In this document: piece by piece, positions 46,791 through 56,831 of the stretch | How positions within the stretch are numbered: the first letter of the stretch is position 1 | Layout of the letters: every line of letters begins with the position of its first letter | Source of the DNA: a phage | Direction: 5' to 3' (one strand) | Length of the DNA stretch: 64,000 nucleotides | Sequence record: NC_042307.1 | Notes under the pieces: generated by a model | What the model saw: the letters and a program-made list of their open reading frames with translations, nothing else | Databases searched by the model: none | What the model was told of the DNA's origin: nothing | Translations under genes and position numbers: made by a program

Positions 46791-49580
46791 GTGTTTTCTA
46801 TCCTCCAAGGTCACGCCGGATTTTCTCGTGATTTAGCAACAGGTATTTGGCGAGAAATCAAAGCGGAAGATTATACCTTTGCCAAGCGATTCTCGAAAGA
46901 GCATCCAGAAGGTAAACCAGCTTCTATGCCCTTCAAATTTGATGTAATAGAAGAGCACGACCCACAAAGCCTTGCCGAAATGTTACCCCTTATGAGACGT
47001 TTAACGTCTGATCCTCATATCGTTGCGGTACGAGGTCGATGTCTTGCACCAAAAAATAATGTGCGACGTAAGAAAGGTAACTTTAATGTATCTAATCCTA
47101 GTAATATTATTGCTATGGACGTGGATGGTATCCTAGATACCGGTGGGTACGACAAATTTAATCTTGTTGGTATGGCCCGCCACATTATTAAGATGTTGAA
47201 TAGTATTAGTGAGGATATGTTTCCTCTTGATGCAGGCTTTATAGCTCATGCATCGTCTTCGGCTGGGCTAAAACCAGGTATCCGAATGCACTTAATGCTA
47301 GAATCTAACGTCAAGGTAACTCAGGGTCAGCTAAAGTTCTTATTTACATCTATCAACGATAGCAGTAAGCAAAAATTTGGTTTTGATATTGCCGACCTAG
47401 CTTATTATTCATCTGTCCAGCTCCACTATTTTGCCGACCCCTTATTTAGCGATGGTATTGTTGATCCGTTTAAAGCGGAGAGTAAGCCACGTCTGGTGTA
47501 TGTTAAAGGTTCGAAAGTAAATTTGCCCAATAATCTGGTTGACTATGAAACAACTAGAGGGGAGTTTAAGGAAGAGTTTTATTCCTTACTTGATCAAATT
47601 AAAGGCAAAAAGATTGCTTCTGATAAAGTAGAAGAAACCATCAGCGAGTTAGAAGAGGCTGATGATGGAGTGTATTTGCGTATTATCCCCAAACTATATC
47701 ATAGAGCATTAGAGGATGGGGTTGATTTTGCATGGCTAGAACGTGAGATTAAACCAGCTTTATCTGAATATATTGCAACTAAAGATAACAGTCGTAATAT
47801 TCAAGATTACTTTAATAACGGTCGTAAGCAGGCTCTCAAAGCGTTTGTGAATAACTCCAAACGTGAGATTCCATTAAATCTGAAAGGTGTTCCACTTAAG
47901 AAATTAGAAGTGGATTCTCCACCAGAAGTTCCATACCTGAAGATTAACATTGTGCCCCCAAAAGGCCATATAACATTTGTTAAGGCAAGTCTTGGTACTG
48001 GTAAAACTACGGCAGTAACTAAATGGCTGGACGCAGGTGTTCTTCCTGGCAACTTTTTAGCAGTTACAAATACTAGAGCACTAGTGTCTTCAAATGCTAA
48101 GAAATTTAGTGCAGGACAATATGATAAGTCTGTAGATATGCTTAATTTCAAGCGTGGTGCTATTGACCGTATGTCCACAACTATTCACTCTTTGCACAAG
48201 TTTAAGAGTTTTATTGGTCAAATTGATGCAATCTTTATCGATGAATGTGATGCAGTAATGAATGACTTATTATTCGCCCCCGTTGTTAAACAACGTCGTG
48301 AATGTATTCAGGTTCTTCGGGATATTCTTGCAACTGCAAAAATAATTATATTATCTGATGGTGATATTAGTGCAGAAACAATTGAAGCCTATGGTTCTTT
48401 GATTGATTTTGATAAACCAGTAGCATTTTATAATCATCATCGTAAGATGCTGTCAAAAGCTCACGCTTATGAGTTTCCTGATGAATCCAGTATTTGGGTT
48501 GCACTTCAGACTTCTCTAGAAATGGGTGAGAAGTCCATTCTAGTATCTGATTGTGGGCCTGATGAGCTGAATGAGAAGGGTATGGCACTACGTCGTAATA
48601 CTGGTGCGTTAGTTAAGGAAATCCATTCAAACTCTACCTCAGATGTGGATATTCGACGTATTCTGGATTATACAACTAATGAGCTAATTGATCAACAAAT
48701 TGATTGCTTATTATGTAGTCCATCCGTAACGAGTGGCGTTGACTTCAACTATTTCGATAATGTATTTGTTATTACTAGAACCAGTAATCAGGCGCCGAAC
48801 ATGCGTTTCCAAGCAATCAGGCGCGACCGTGGTGCTCAGAACATCTATTATTTTATTGATAAATCCACTAGTGGGTTCTCCGCAGGTTCTGAACAATATA
48901 ATATTGATGAAGGTTGGCTGGAGTTAGCACAGCAATTATACGCACGTCGTAGAGAGCTGGAATCTAGAAACTATACTAGTACCTTACGTTATTATTTGCT
49001 TGATCAGGGCGCAACTATTGATATTTTCAGCGAAAGCTGGGGAACTATTGAAGGTGCTGGTAAAGAATATACAGAAGAGCGAATCAAAGCTATTCTGCAT
49101 TCAACTCCAGATTATTGTGCCCCACGTCATGCAGATGCATATGAAGCTAAACTACTTCTTGTTCGCTATTATCATCTTGAGTCTATTAAAGATGTAACAG
49201 TTGAGCATGTTGAACAATATATCAAAGATAAACCGAATGATCGAGCTGCATTCTTCCATAAGATGCACGAGATGTTCTGGGAAGATATTAAGAAGTGTTC
49301 AAATGTAACCATTAAACCATTCATAGAAGCTCTGAAAGGTAAGAAGAAAGACTTCTTCCTTAAAACAGGTCAGAGTGCTAACCCAAAATATGCTAGAATG
49401 TATCTTGGTATGATGGGTATTGGTAAGGATATGAACACTGAAAATATCGTAGACTGGTACAGAACCTATTGTAAAATCGAGTGTATGCCGATTCCTTTCA
49501 AATTCATGACTGACGAGGAAAAACATATGCATGATGAAGCAATGTCAGAGCTAGGTGCTAGAAATGACAGTGAAGAATAA
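46791..49580 (+). CDS. P-loop NTPase, putative replication origin-binding/helicase-like protein (929 aa, GTG start)
   Basis: Walker A 'SLGTGKTTAV', 'FIDECD' Walker B-like. Confidence 0.5.
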   Translation: MFSILQGHAGFSRDLATGIWREIKAEDYTFAKRFSKEHPEGKPASMPFKFDVIEEHDPQSLAEMLPLMRRLTSDPHIVAVRGRCLAPKNNVRRKKGNFNVSNPSNIIAMDVDGILDTGGYDKFNLVGMARHIIKMLNSISEDMFPLDAGFIAHASSSAGLKPGIRMHLMLESNVKVTQGQLKFLFTSINDSSKQKFGFDIADLAYYSSVQLHYFADPLFSDGIVDPFKAESKPRLVYVKGSKVNLPNNLVDYETTRGEFKEEFYSLLDQIKGKKIASDKVEETISELEEADDGVYLRIIPKLYHRALEDGVDFAWLEREIKPALSEYIATKDNSRNIQDYFNNGRKQALKAFVNNSKREIPLNLKGVPLKKLEVDSPPEVPYLKINIVPPKGHITFVKASLGTGKTTAVTKWLDAGVLPGNFLAVTNTRALVSSNAKKFSAGQYDKSVDMLNFKRGAIDRMSTTIHSLHKFKSFIGQIDAIFIDECDAVMNDLLFAPVVKQRRECIQVLRDILATAKIIILSDGDISAETIEAYGSLIDFDKPVAFYNHHRKMLSKAHAYEFPDESSIWVALQTSLEMGEKSILVSDCGPDELNEKGMALRRNTGALVKEIHSNSTSDVDIRRILDYTTNELIDQQIDCLLCSPSVTSGVDFNYFDNVFVITRTSNQAPNMRFQAIRRDRGAQNIYYFIDKSTSGFSAGSEQYNIDEGWLELAQQLYARRRELESRNYTSTLRYYLLDQGATIDIFSESWGTIEGAGKEYTEERIKAILHSTPDYCAPRHADAYEAKLLLVRYYHLESIKDVTVEHVEQYIKDKPNDRAAFFHKMHEMFWEDIKKCSNVTIKPFIEALKGKKKDFFLKTGQSANPKYARMYLGMMGIGKDMNTENIVDWYRTYCKIECMPIPFKFMTDEEKHMHDEAMSELGARNDSEE

Positions 49581-49792
49581 AAAATGGGAAACAAGGAAGT
49601 TTCCAGTAAAAGAACGTAAAGTTCCTGTTTATGATACTTCGGAGAAGCTATGTAGGGTGGTTCCTGCTAGACTAGCATCCATAAATGGCATAGGCGCATG
49701 GTTGCTAAAGCAGAGAAAGCAAAGCATATCATTACGTATATCTTTTGAGTTAGACCAAATCTATAGAGAATTGGGAGAATTGATTAAAGAAA

Positions 49793-50251
49793 ATGATAAC
49801 ACAGGAAGAGGTTAGAGAGGCTTTTGAGTATGATCCTGAAACAGGCCATCTTAAATGGAAGAAAACAAGACAGAAGAGTCTAGTAGGTAAGTTTGCCGGT
49901 GGTAAACATAAAGGGTATATAAGAATAGGGTTTAAGCGTAGGCACTGGGGAGAACATCAGCTGGTATTCTTATATCATAAGGGGTACATACCAGAAGAGA
50001 TAGACCACAAAAACAGGATTAAAGATTGCAACTTTATAGAGAATTTAGAAGACTCCAATAGATCTAAGCAAATGCACAATATTAATGTACGTAAAGACAA
50101 TAAGTTGGGTGAGCCTAATATCTACATGAGGGGCGATAAATATTGTGTGCTAATGCAGAAAGGATCTATTCGTAAGTACCAGCAGTGCAATACTATAGAA
50201 GAGGCTAAAAAAGTTAGGGCTAATTTTAAGTCCGAACTCTATCCAAATTAA
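49793..50251 (+). CDS. HNH homing endonuclease
   Basis: 'EEIDHKNRIKDCNFIENL'. Confidence 0.55.
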   Translation: MITQEEVREAFEYDPETGHLKWKKTRQKSLVGKFAGGKHKGYIRIGFKRRHWGEHQLVFLYHKGYIPEEIDHKNRIKDCNFIENLEDSNRSKQMHNINVRKDNKLGEPNIYMRGDKYCVLMQKGSIRKYQQCNTIEEAKKVRANFKSELYPN

Positions 50252-50259
50252 AAATTTAT

Positions 50260-50288
50260 TTGCTTTCAGGAAAAATTTTCTGTATAAT
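50260..50288 (+). promoter_or_regulatory. Sigma70-like promoter (-35 TTGCTT, -10 TATAAT)
   Basis: 17-bp spacer. Confidence 0.5.
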
Positions 50289-50319
50289 AGATTCATAAAT
50301 TTGAGAGAGGAGTTTAAAT

Positions 50320-51024
50320 ATGGCTGGTTCTCGCAGAAAGAAACATATCCATGAAATCCCGGATGAAGTCTTTAAAAAAGTTATAGAGCATCTGGAAAAC
50401 GGTGGTACTAAGAAAGCAGCATGCGAAATGCTCGGCGTATCATCCAACCCAACTATGGAAAGGATGATAGAAGAGTGGCAAGACCGTCAGATCCAAGTTG
50501 CCGAGATGAAGAAAAAGAAACGTGGTACACTCATTGAAGGTATTGAGTTGGCCAACGTTATTGAACAGTATCTATCTGGTGATTCTTTTGAAGAGATTGC
50601 CGATCGTAATTACCGCTCCGTAGCAATGGTTAAATCTGTTCTGGAACGCTATGGTGCTCTGCTTCGTTTGAATGATATTGTAGATCCATTGAATCCACCA
50701 ATTATTCCTGATGATGCTGTGGCAGAAGAATTTGAGGTTGGAGAACTAGTTTGGGTTCCTGGATACCAGTGTATCGGTGAAATCAAAAAAGCAATGGATA
50801 ATCCTGTTGGTTGTTACCGTGTCTGGCTTCTATCAGAAGGCAAACAACAGAACGTTCATTATATGAATTACGAGCTGGCTTCTGTTAAACATCTGGAAAA
50901 GTTAGGGGTTGACGTAAAATCCCTGGGGTACAAGTGGACTCGTGAAGAAGTTATTACGTTGATTAACGAAGCTGTTAAGGCTGCCTTGAAACTTGATAAA
51001 GAAAAAGGAAAACGCCGTGAGTAG
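50320..51024 (+). CDS. putative DNA-binding protein with HTH-like segments
   Basis: 'TKKAACEMLGVSSNPTMERM'. Confidence 0.4.
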   Translation: MAGSRRKKHIHEIPDEVFKKVIEHLENGGTKKAACEMLGVSSNPTMERMIEEWQDRQIQVAEMKKKKRGTLIEGIELANVIEQYLSGDSFEEIADRNYRSVAMVKSVLERYGALLRLNDIVDPLNPPIIPDDAVAEEFEVGELVWVPGYQCIGEIKKAMDNPVGCYRVWLLSEGKQQNVHYMNYELASVKHLEKLGVDVKSLGYKWTREEVITLINEAVKAALKLDKEKGKRRE

Positions 51025-51268
51025 ACTAACTGATTTACTTAAAGATGGGGAAGTAAAAACACTATATCGTAGAAGCTGGGATAACGATAATAACGGCTTA
51101 GTGTTACTAACTTTAGATGCTGACTCGGATGTAGCTACTCAGCATACCTGGGTAGCCGGTAACTATCCATATAGCGAGGTTGTTTCATTAACAGTATGCG
51201 AAGCTATTGCAGATGATTGGGAGGTTGCCAGCATCGAGGATATGCTCGCTGTTGGCCTGGTGGAGTAA
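51017..51268 (+). CDS. hypothetical protein (GTG start)
   Basis: AAGGAAAA RBS before GTG 51017. Confidence 0.35.
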   Translation: MSRLTDLLKDGEVKTLYRRSWDNDNNGLVLLTLDADSDVATQHTWVAGNYPYSEVVSLTVCEAIADDWEVASIEDMLAVGLVE

Positions 51269-51371
51269 CTACTTAAAAATTTCAGTTGCTTAATCCTACA
51301 ATTCTTGATATAATATTCTCATAGTTTGAAAGAACTATTCTGTTTAATTCTTAATTAAGGAAATATAAAAT

Positions 51372-51782
51372 ATGACTACTCCAACTCAGTGGACTGATGA
51401 ACTGTTCGAAAAAATGTCTTCCGAATACGTTGCTCGTATGGAGCAATTCCCAGAGGATGAACGTCCGGGTGTTAGCATGGAAATTGTTAGCGAAATTGCC
51501 CAGGAAAATGGTGTAACTCCGAACGGTTTTCGTATGAAGCTGACTAAAGCAGGTTTGTATATTAAGAAAGCTGCTGGTTCTACTTCTAAATCTAGCGCAT
51601 CTACTGGAGAAAAAGCTTCCGGTGGTTCTCGTACCTCCAAAGCTCAAGCCCATGCCGACCTTCGCGCAGCATTCTCTGACGCTGGCTTAGCACCAGATTT
51701 TATGGATGATGCAATTATCGACAAACTGACTGGTAAAGCGGCCGCTCATCTGGCAGAAGCAATTCGAGCTATCACTAAGTAA
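51372..51782 (+). CDS. hypothetical protein (136 aa)
   Basis: ORF with AAGGAAAT RBS. Confidence 0.5.
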   Translation: MTTPTQWTDELFEKMSSEYVARMEQFPEDERPGVSMEIVSEIAQENGVTPNGFRMKLTKAGLYIKKAAGSTSKSSASTGEKASGGSRTSKAQAHADLRAAFSDAGLAPDFMDDAIIDKLTGKAAAHLAEAIRAITK

Positions 51783-51818
51783 TTTTAGATAAATCCACCA
51801 ACAAAAGGAACTACAGTT

Positions 51819-52116
51819 ATGACCAAAGCTGAAATTATCGCACAATGTGAAAAATTTGGTGAGTTTTATCTTCATTACGAGAAACTTCGTCAGAAAGGAA
51901 CCACGTACCTTCAGGGTACGATGGAATTTGATCCAGCTCAGGATAAATACCTGGCTGAGCGTATTAAACAGTGAACGTATTCGTAAAGCGAAAGATGATG
52001 AAATCCTTGTCTTCTCTCGTACTAATGATAGCTTCCGTTTTATTCCTGTCGAGAAAGTTCGTCGTGTGACTAGCCTCCAATCAGAGTTAGATCGTGCTTC
52101 TCCAGTAGGCCGATAA
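51819..52116 (+). pseudogene. small gene apparently split by frameshift near 51960-51975
   Basis: ATG 51819 ORF (51 aa) ends at TGA; protein-like sequence continues in +1 frame to 52116. Confidence 0.3.
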
Positions 52117-52126
52117 GAAAACAATT

Positions 52127-52150
52127 AGCCCCTATATGGGGCTTTTTGTG
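52127..52150 (+). terminator. Rho-independent terminator
   Basis: Stem AGCCCC/GGGGCT + TTTTGT. Confidence 0.6.
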
Positions 52151-52166
52151 TATTTGGGATGTGTAA

Positions 52167-52475
52167 ATGAGCGAACAGGTAAATCAAAACTATGAAGGAC
52201 ACGTTGATGACCAGTCCATCATACTTTGGGAGAAGGAGGGGGAACAAGTAAGATTAACAGTATCTGAATTTCGTGGGAATCTATACATGGGTATTCGTTA
52301 CTGGCTTCTTGATATTAATGATGAATGGTTTCCAACGAAATCTGGCTTCTCTTTTCCTTACACCCTAGAAACAACATCACAGCTTTTCTATGCGTTTACA
52401 CAGATTCTTAGCGAATCTGAGGTTTTACATGAAGTACAGAAACGAGCTGAAGAACTAAAAGCCAAGAATGCCTAG
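52167..52475 (+). CDS. hypothetical protein, possibly PC4/YdbC-like ssDNA-binding
   Basis: Weak motif recall only. Confidence 0.4.
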   Translation: MSEQVNQNYEGHVDDQSIILWEKEGEQVRLTVSEFRGNLYMGIRYWLLDINDEWFPTKSGFSFPYTLETTSQLFYAFTQILSESEVLHEVQKRAEELKAKNA

Positions 52476-52492
52476 TTCTTGGCTTTTTCTTT
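52461..52492 (+). terminator. Rho-independent terminator
   Basis: Stem GCCAAGAA/TTCTTGGC + TTTTTCTTT. Confidence 0.55.
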
Positions 52493-52502
52493 ATAAATGT
52501 AT

Positions 52503-52531
52503 TTGCTTTCAACTCAGTTTTGTTATATAAT
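52503..52531 (+). promoter_or_regulatory. Sigma70-like promoter (-35 TTGCTT, -10 TATAAT)
   Basis: 17-bp spacer. Confidence 0.5.
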
Positions 52532-52562
52532 ATTTATATAAATTAATGAGAGATATAAATAA

Positions 52563-53534
52563 ATGACTAATGTAAAAGAATTTATTAAACGCTGTCAAGA
52601 AGCATATTATCAAGGCATGTCTTTAATCTCAGATGAAGAATATGATCGCCTGGTAAAACGCTTCCCGTTAGAGGAAGAGATCGGGCCTAAGGGTGATATT
52701 CCACATCTATATCGTATGTATTCTTTACAGAAAGTTTACTATAACCGCGGTGATAAACCACCATTCAATCCGTTAGGTCAAGTAGAAACTGATAAGTTAG
52801 ATGGTTGTGCAATTTCTCTGCTATATATTAATGGCGAATTTGTTCAAGCACTAACTCGTGGTAATGGTATTCTGGGGAATGATGTCACAAGCAACGTAAG
52901 ATTGCTGAACATTCCTAAAAAGATTTCCCAAAAAGTACCTACTCAAATCACTGGTGAAGTTCTAATTACAAAAGAAGTAGAAAATAAACGTAACTTTGCC
53001 TCTGGTGCTATTAACCTCAAAGATAGCGATGATTTCGTACAACGTATCGGGGAAGGTGGTTTAATCTTCGTTGCATATGGTATCCAGTGTTCTGCTGAAT
53101 CTGTAGGTATTACAGAAGCATATTTAAAAGATATGCTTTGGCTAGAGAATGAGAACTTCTTAACAGTTGTTAATGTGCGTTCCTTCTTTAAATGGATTCC
53201 GACGGACGGTAAAGTTGTTCGTATTAATGACAACAACAAATTCTTCCGCGAAGGCTGGACTAATAAATTTCCTCGTGGAGCATTCGCTGTTAAAGAGGAT
53301 GAAGAAGGCGAGATTACAACTCTTACTAAAGTTGAATGGCAGGTAGGGGCTTCTGGTAAAGTAACTCCAGTTGGTTATTTCGAACCGGTAATTATTGATG
53401 ATGCTACAATTGTTAAGGCGACTCTTAATAACGTTGATTATATTAACTCTCTCGATCTAGAGATCGGTTGCCAGATTCGAGTGATTCGTGCTGGTGGTGT
53501 AATCCCATGCATAGTAGAGCGAGTATACGATTAA
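52563..53534 (+). CDS. lig: NAD-dependent DNA ligase, N-terminal adenylation part
   Basis: 'KLDGCA' KxDG motif. Confidence 0.65.
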   Translation: MTNVKEFIKRCQEAYYQGMSLISDEEYDRLVKRFPLEEEIGPKGDIPHLYRMYSLQKVYYNRGDKPPFNPLGQVETDKLDGCAISLLYINGEFVQALTRGNGILGNDVTSNVRLLNIPKKISQKVPTQITGEVLITKEVENKRNFASGAINLKDSDDFVQRIGEGGLIFVAYGIQCSAESVGITEAYLKDMLWLENENFLTVVNVRSFFKWIPTDGKVVRINDNNKFFREGWTNKFPRGAFAVKEDEEGEITTLTKVEWQVGASGKVTPVGYFEPVIIDDATIVKATLNNVDYINSLDLEIGCQIRVIRAGGVIPCIVERVYD

Positions 53535-53677
53535 TACATAACCCTTTGCTACCCATCTACCATATCGGAATTATAAAGTGGTTATTGACATTTTCGCCGC
53601 TTAGGTATATACTATTATCATTCAGTTGAGGGATAGAAAGTTATGGCGAGGGTAAGCAAAGTTAGTTAAAATTGTAG

Positions 53678-53706
53678 TTGCTAAATGCTTAAATACTTGC
53701 TATAAT
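53678..53706 (+). promoter_or_regulatory. Sigma70-like promoter between the two ligase ORFs
   Basis: -35 TTGCTA, 17 bp, -10 TATAAT. Confidence 0.45.
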
Positions 53707-53733
53707 ATTTATATAAATTGATAAGGAAGAAAT

Positions 53734-54516
53734 TTGATGAAAATCGAAATTCCAACACAATGTCCCTCTTGTGGTTCTAAGCTAGATCTTGTCAACGGAC
53801 AATTATTCTGTCGTAATAAGTCCAACTGTCCAGCGCAATCAAGTAAGTTAATTGAGAACTTCTGTACAAAAATGAAGTTAAAGGGCTTTGGCCCAAAAAC
53901 TATTGAGAAGCTGGAGCTGACGAAGATTTCAGAACTATTTTACCTAACCGAAGAAGATTTGGTTAGAGCCGTGGGTAGCAAGGTTGCCGCTAAGTTAATT
54001 AGCGAATTAAATACTAAAGTTCGCGGAGACATTGACTTTGGTTCAGTTCTCGGTTCTTTAGGAATCACTCTAATTGGAGAGGTTGCAGCAAAGAAATTAT
54101 CCCAAAATTGCACTAGCTTCCATGATGTGAAGGCTGACGGCAAGGCTGGAGAAAATTACAAAGCCTGGCTAAATTCCCCACAAGGCAAGGATGTTATTGA
54201 ACTACCGTGGAAATTTTCAACTGGTATTAAGGGCACTAAAGCTGACGTCATCATTACAGATGAATTAGTTGCCCAGCCAAATGGAATCGCGGTATGTATT
54301 ACCGGATCTTTGCAAGATTTTGCAAATAGAACGGATGCAACAAACTATTTAGAAAGTCTAGGGTATACGGTTAAGAAATCCGTTACCAAAGACGTCAAAT
54401 ACCTAATCTGTGAGGATGAATCGAAGCGTTCCTCCTCATCTTATAAGAAAGCCGAAACGAATGGGATAGAAATCCTGTCGATTAAAGAACTATTGGAGAA
54501 AAATAATAATGTCTAA
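53734..54516 (+). CDS. lig: NAD-dependent DNA ligase, C-terminal part (Zn finger, HhH, BRCT-like)
   Basis: 'CPSCGSKL...C..KSNC'. Confidence 0.6.
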   Translation: MMKIEIPTQCPSCGSKLDLVNGQLFCRNKSNCPAQSSKLIENFCTKMKLKGFGPKTIEKLELTKISELFYLTEEDLVRAVGSKVAAKLISELNTKVRGDIDFGSVLGSLGITLIGEVAAKKLSQNCTSFHDVKADGKAGENYKAWLNSPQGKDVIELPWKFSTGIKGTKADVIITDELVAQPNGIAVCITGSLQDFANRTDATNYLESLGYTVKKSVTKDVKYLICEDESKRSSSSYKKAETNGIEILSIKELLEKNNNV

Positions 54517-55276
54517 ACTGAACTGGAACGTAGAAGGTGTAACCGAGTCTCTGAAAGCAAAAGCCACTGCTCTGGGTGTTGCTGTAATCTCTCAAGAACA
54601 AGTAGCTGCTATCGCTGCTGAACTGGCTGCTGAAACTGGCAAAGATGTTACTGCTCGCTCTGTTGGCTCTAAGCTGCGTAAAGAAGGTTTTGAAGTACAA
54701 AAAGCTAACGAAGTACAGAAATCCCCGTGGACTCCTGAGCAGGAAGCTGAACTGGTTGATTTCCTGAACGCTCATGCTGGTCAGTATACCTATGCTGAAA
54801 TCGCTGCTGCTGTAGCTGGTGGTCAGTTCGGTGCTAAACAGGTACAGGGTAAGATCCTGAGTCTGGAAATGACCGCTTCTGTTAAACCAACTGAAAAAGC
54901 TGCTGCTGTTCGTTCCTTCACTCCGGATGAAGAAACTGATTTTGTTAATCAGGTTGTTGCTGGAGCTACTATTGAAGCTATCGCTGCTCACTTCGGTCGC
55001 AATATTAAGCAGATCCGTGGTAAAGCTCTGAGCCTGCTTCGTGAAGGTCGTATCGCCGCTATGCCGGTACAGGAAACTTCAAGTGCTAAAACTCGTGAAG
55101 ATCTGTTAGAAGGTCTGGATCTGGCTAACATGACTGTTGCTGAGATCGCTGAGAAAACTGGTAAGTCTGAGCGCGGTGTTAAATCTATGCTGTCTCGTCG
55201 TGGTCTGGTTGCTAAGGACTATGATGGTGCCGCTAAGCGTGCTAAACTGGATGCAAAAGCTGCGGCTGCTGAATAA
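54509..55276 (+). CDS. protein with three internal about 70-aa repeats, host-like codon usage
   Basis: Repeats starting 'TPEQEAELVDF', 'TPDEETDFVNQ', 'TREDLLEGLDL'. Confidence 0.5.
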   Translation: MSKLNWNVEGVTESLKAKATALGVAVISQEQVAAIAAELAAETGKDVTARSVGSKLRKEGFEVQKANEVQKSPWTPEQEAELVDFLNAHAGQYTYAEIAAAVAGGQFGAKQVQGKILSLEMTASVKPTEKAAAVRSFTPDEETDFVNQVVAGATIEAIAAHFGRNIKQIRGKALSLLREGRIAAMPVQETSSAKTREDLLEGLDLANMTVAEIAEKTGKSERGVKSMLSRRGLVAKDYDGAAKRAKLDAKAAAAE

Positions 55277-55292
55277 TCTGGTAAATTAAACC

Positions 55293-55326
55293 TAAGGGGA
55301 GGGGGCTATGCTCCTTCCCCTTTTTG
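55293..55326 (+). terminator. Rho-independent terminator (imperfect G/C stem + T5)
   Basis: 'AAGGGGAGGGGGC...GCTCCTTCCCCTTTTT'. Confidence 0.5.
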
Positions 55327-55358
55327 CATTTAGAAGGCACGAAAGCGTGCAAAGGAGA

Positions 55359-56831
55359 ATGACCTTGTTTAACGTGCAAGCTGTAGTGTTGAAGATGCTT
55401 CTAGCTTCCGAACAGAAGCAAATAGCATTGGAAACATTCTCAAAACTGCATAAAGATCATTTTAATGACGCTTTCTCCTCAATTTACCAAGCCGTCCAGA
55501 ATTATTATAAAAAATATAACACAATGCCGTCCATTGACGCACTGATGCTTGAGGCTAATAGGAACGCCCGCCTTTCTCAAGCTCTAGTCGTTTTAGCTAA
55601 CACTCAAATTCCAGAAGTTAGCATGGAACAGGCACTTGAAGTCCTAGAGGCCGAGTATACGCAGGATTTATTCCTGAAGCTTCTAGAAACAGACGTGCTT
55701 CAAGATTTAACAATGCTGGATCAGGGAGAAATTCTTAACCGAGTTGCCTCCCTTCACTTAAAATTAGAAGAGAAAGTAACGAATACTGGAAAAGTATTCA
55801 ACGCAGATAACATGCGTATTTTCCAGAGAGAAGAAGATACCAAACTGAACTTAATCGCTCTTGGTATTTGTAATGAGTTCGACGCTCAAATTGGTTTAGC
55901 TCGCACAGAAACGTTACTGCTTGGTGGTTGGCGTGGTACTGGTAAATCCATTATCTGTTCAAACATACAGGTTCAGCAATATTTGAATGGAGATATTGCT
56001 CCATACTTCTCAATTGAGATGAAAGAACATGAAGTATTTAGACGTAATCTAGCCATGTTAGCTGGTGTATCAGCACTAGCAATGCGTAATAATACTCTAG
56101 AAGGTGCAGCTCTGTTGAGATTAGCCAGAACTAGAGCTAGAATGTTTAACGGTGGTGAAGAGCTTTTCGATAACTTCGTTAAACAATACACAATGGCTAA
56201 GATGAGTGATTTCTACGATATGGAAAGTAAGCTAATAGAAGGATATGAGCTACATACTCCTATGATTATTGTTTATGATCCTGAGCTGTCTATTACAACA
56301 GTTGACGTAGAATTAAATAAATTAGTTGCTAGATATGGGGATAAAGTTACAGTAGCTTTACTTGACTATATTAACCAAACCCGACTTCCAGATTCTAAAA
56401 CCATTGATATGTATGACTGGAAAGAACAGATGGTTGTTAGCTCGTCTTTCAAATCCCTCTGCCAGAAACATAACGTGGCTGGTGTAGCTCCTTACCAGAT
56501 TGATCAAGATGGTAGAACACGTATGTCAAAAGGGATTCTTGATTCCGCAGACATGGCTGCTAATCTTAATGCTGCAAAAGCTGATAATGGTCAAGGTGCT
56601 ATTATGTTTGACTTCGTTAAGACCCGTTCTTCTGATAGCGTGAAGTTTATGCCTAAAATGAACTGGGAAACCCTGCGGATGGATAACACTACCAACCTAG
56701 CAATGGAAGATATATCTCAAATGGAAGCTGAGTTCGTTATCCCTATTGAGAAGGATAAGCCAGCTCAATCTAAACGTGCTAAGAAAGACAAAGCTGAAAA
56801 TTCAACAGGTGAACAGGCCAGCGATATATGA
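55359..56831 (+). CDS. DnaB-like replicative helicase
   Basis: Walker A 'GGWRGTGKS'; ATG 55359 with AAGGAGA RBS. Confidence 0.6.
   Translation: MTLFNVQAVVLKMLLASEQKQIALETFSKLHKDHFNDAFSSIYQAVQNYYKKYNTMPSIDALMLEANRNARLSQALVVLANTQIPEVSMEQALEVLEAEYTQDLFLKLLETDVLQDLTMLDQGEILNRVASLHLKLEEKVTNTGKVFNADNMRIFQREEDTKLNLIALGICNEFDAQIGLARTETLLLGGWRGTGKSIICSNIQVQQYLNGDIAPYFSIEMKEHEVFRRNLAMLAGVSALAMRNNTLEGAALLRLARTRARMFNGGEELFDNFVKQYTMAKMSDFYDMESKLIEGYELHTPMIIVYDPELSITTVDVELNKLVARYGDKVTVALLDYINQTRLPDSKTIDMYDWKEQMVVSSSFKSLCQKHNVAGVAPYQIDQDGRTRMSKGILDSADMAANLNAAKADNGQGAIMFDFVKTRSSDSVKFMPKMNWETLRMDNTTNLAMEDISQMEAEFVIPIEKDKPAQSKRAKKDKAENSTGEQASDI

Noticed and set aside
49555-49815. 86-aa ORF overlapping the start of HNH gene 49793..50251
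   Set aside because: No RBS; likely a read-through frame downstream of the 929-aa gene
54482-54991. 169-aa minus-strand ORF
   Set aside because: Antisense to the strongly codon-biased plus-strand gene 54509..55276; Ser-rich low-complexity translation
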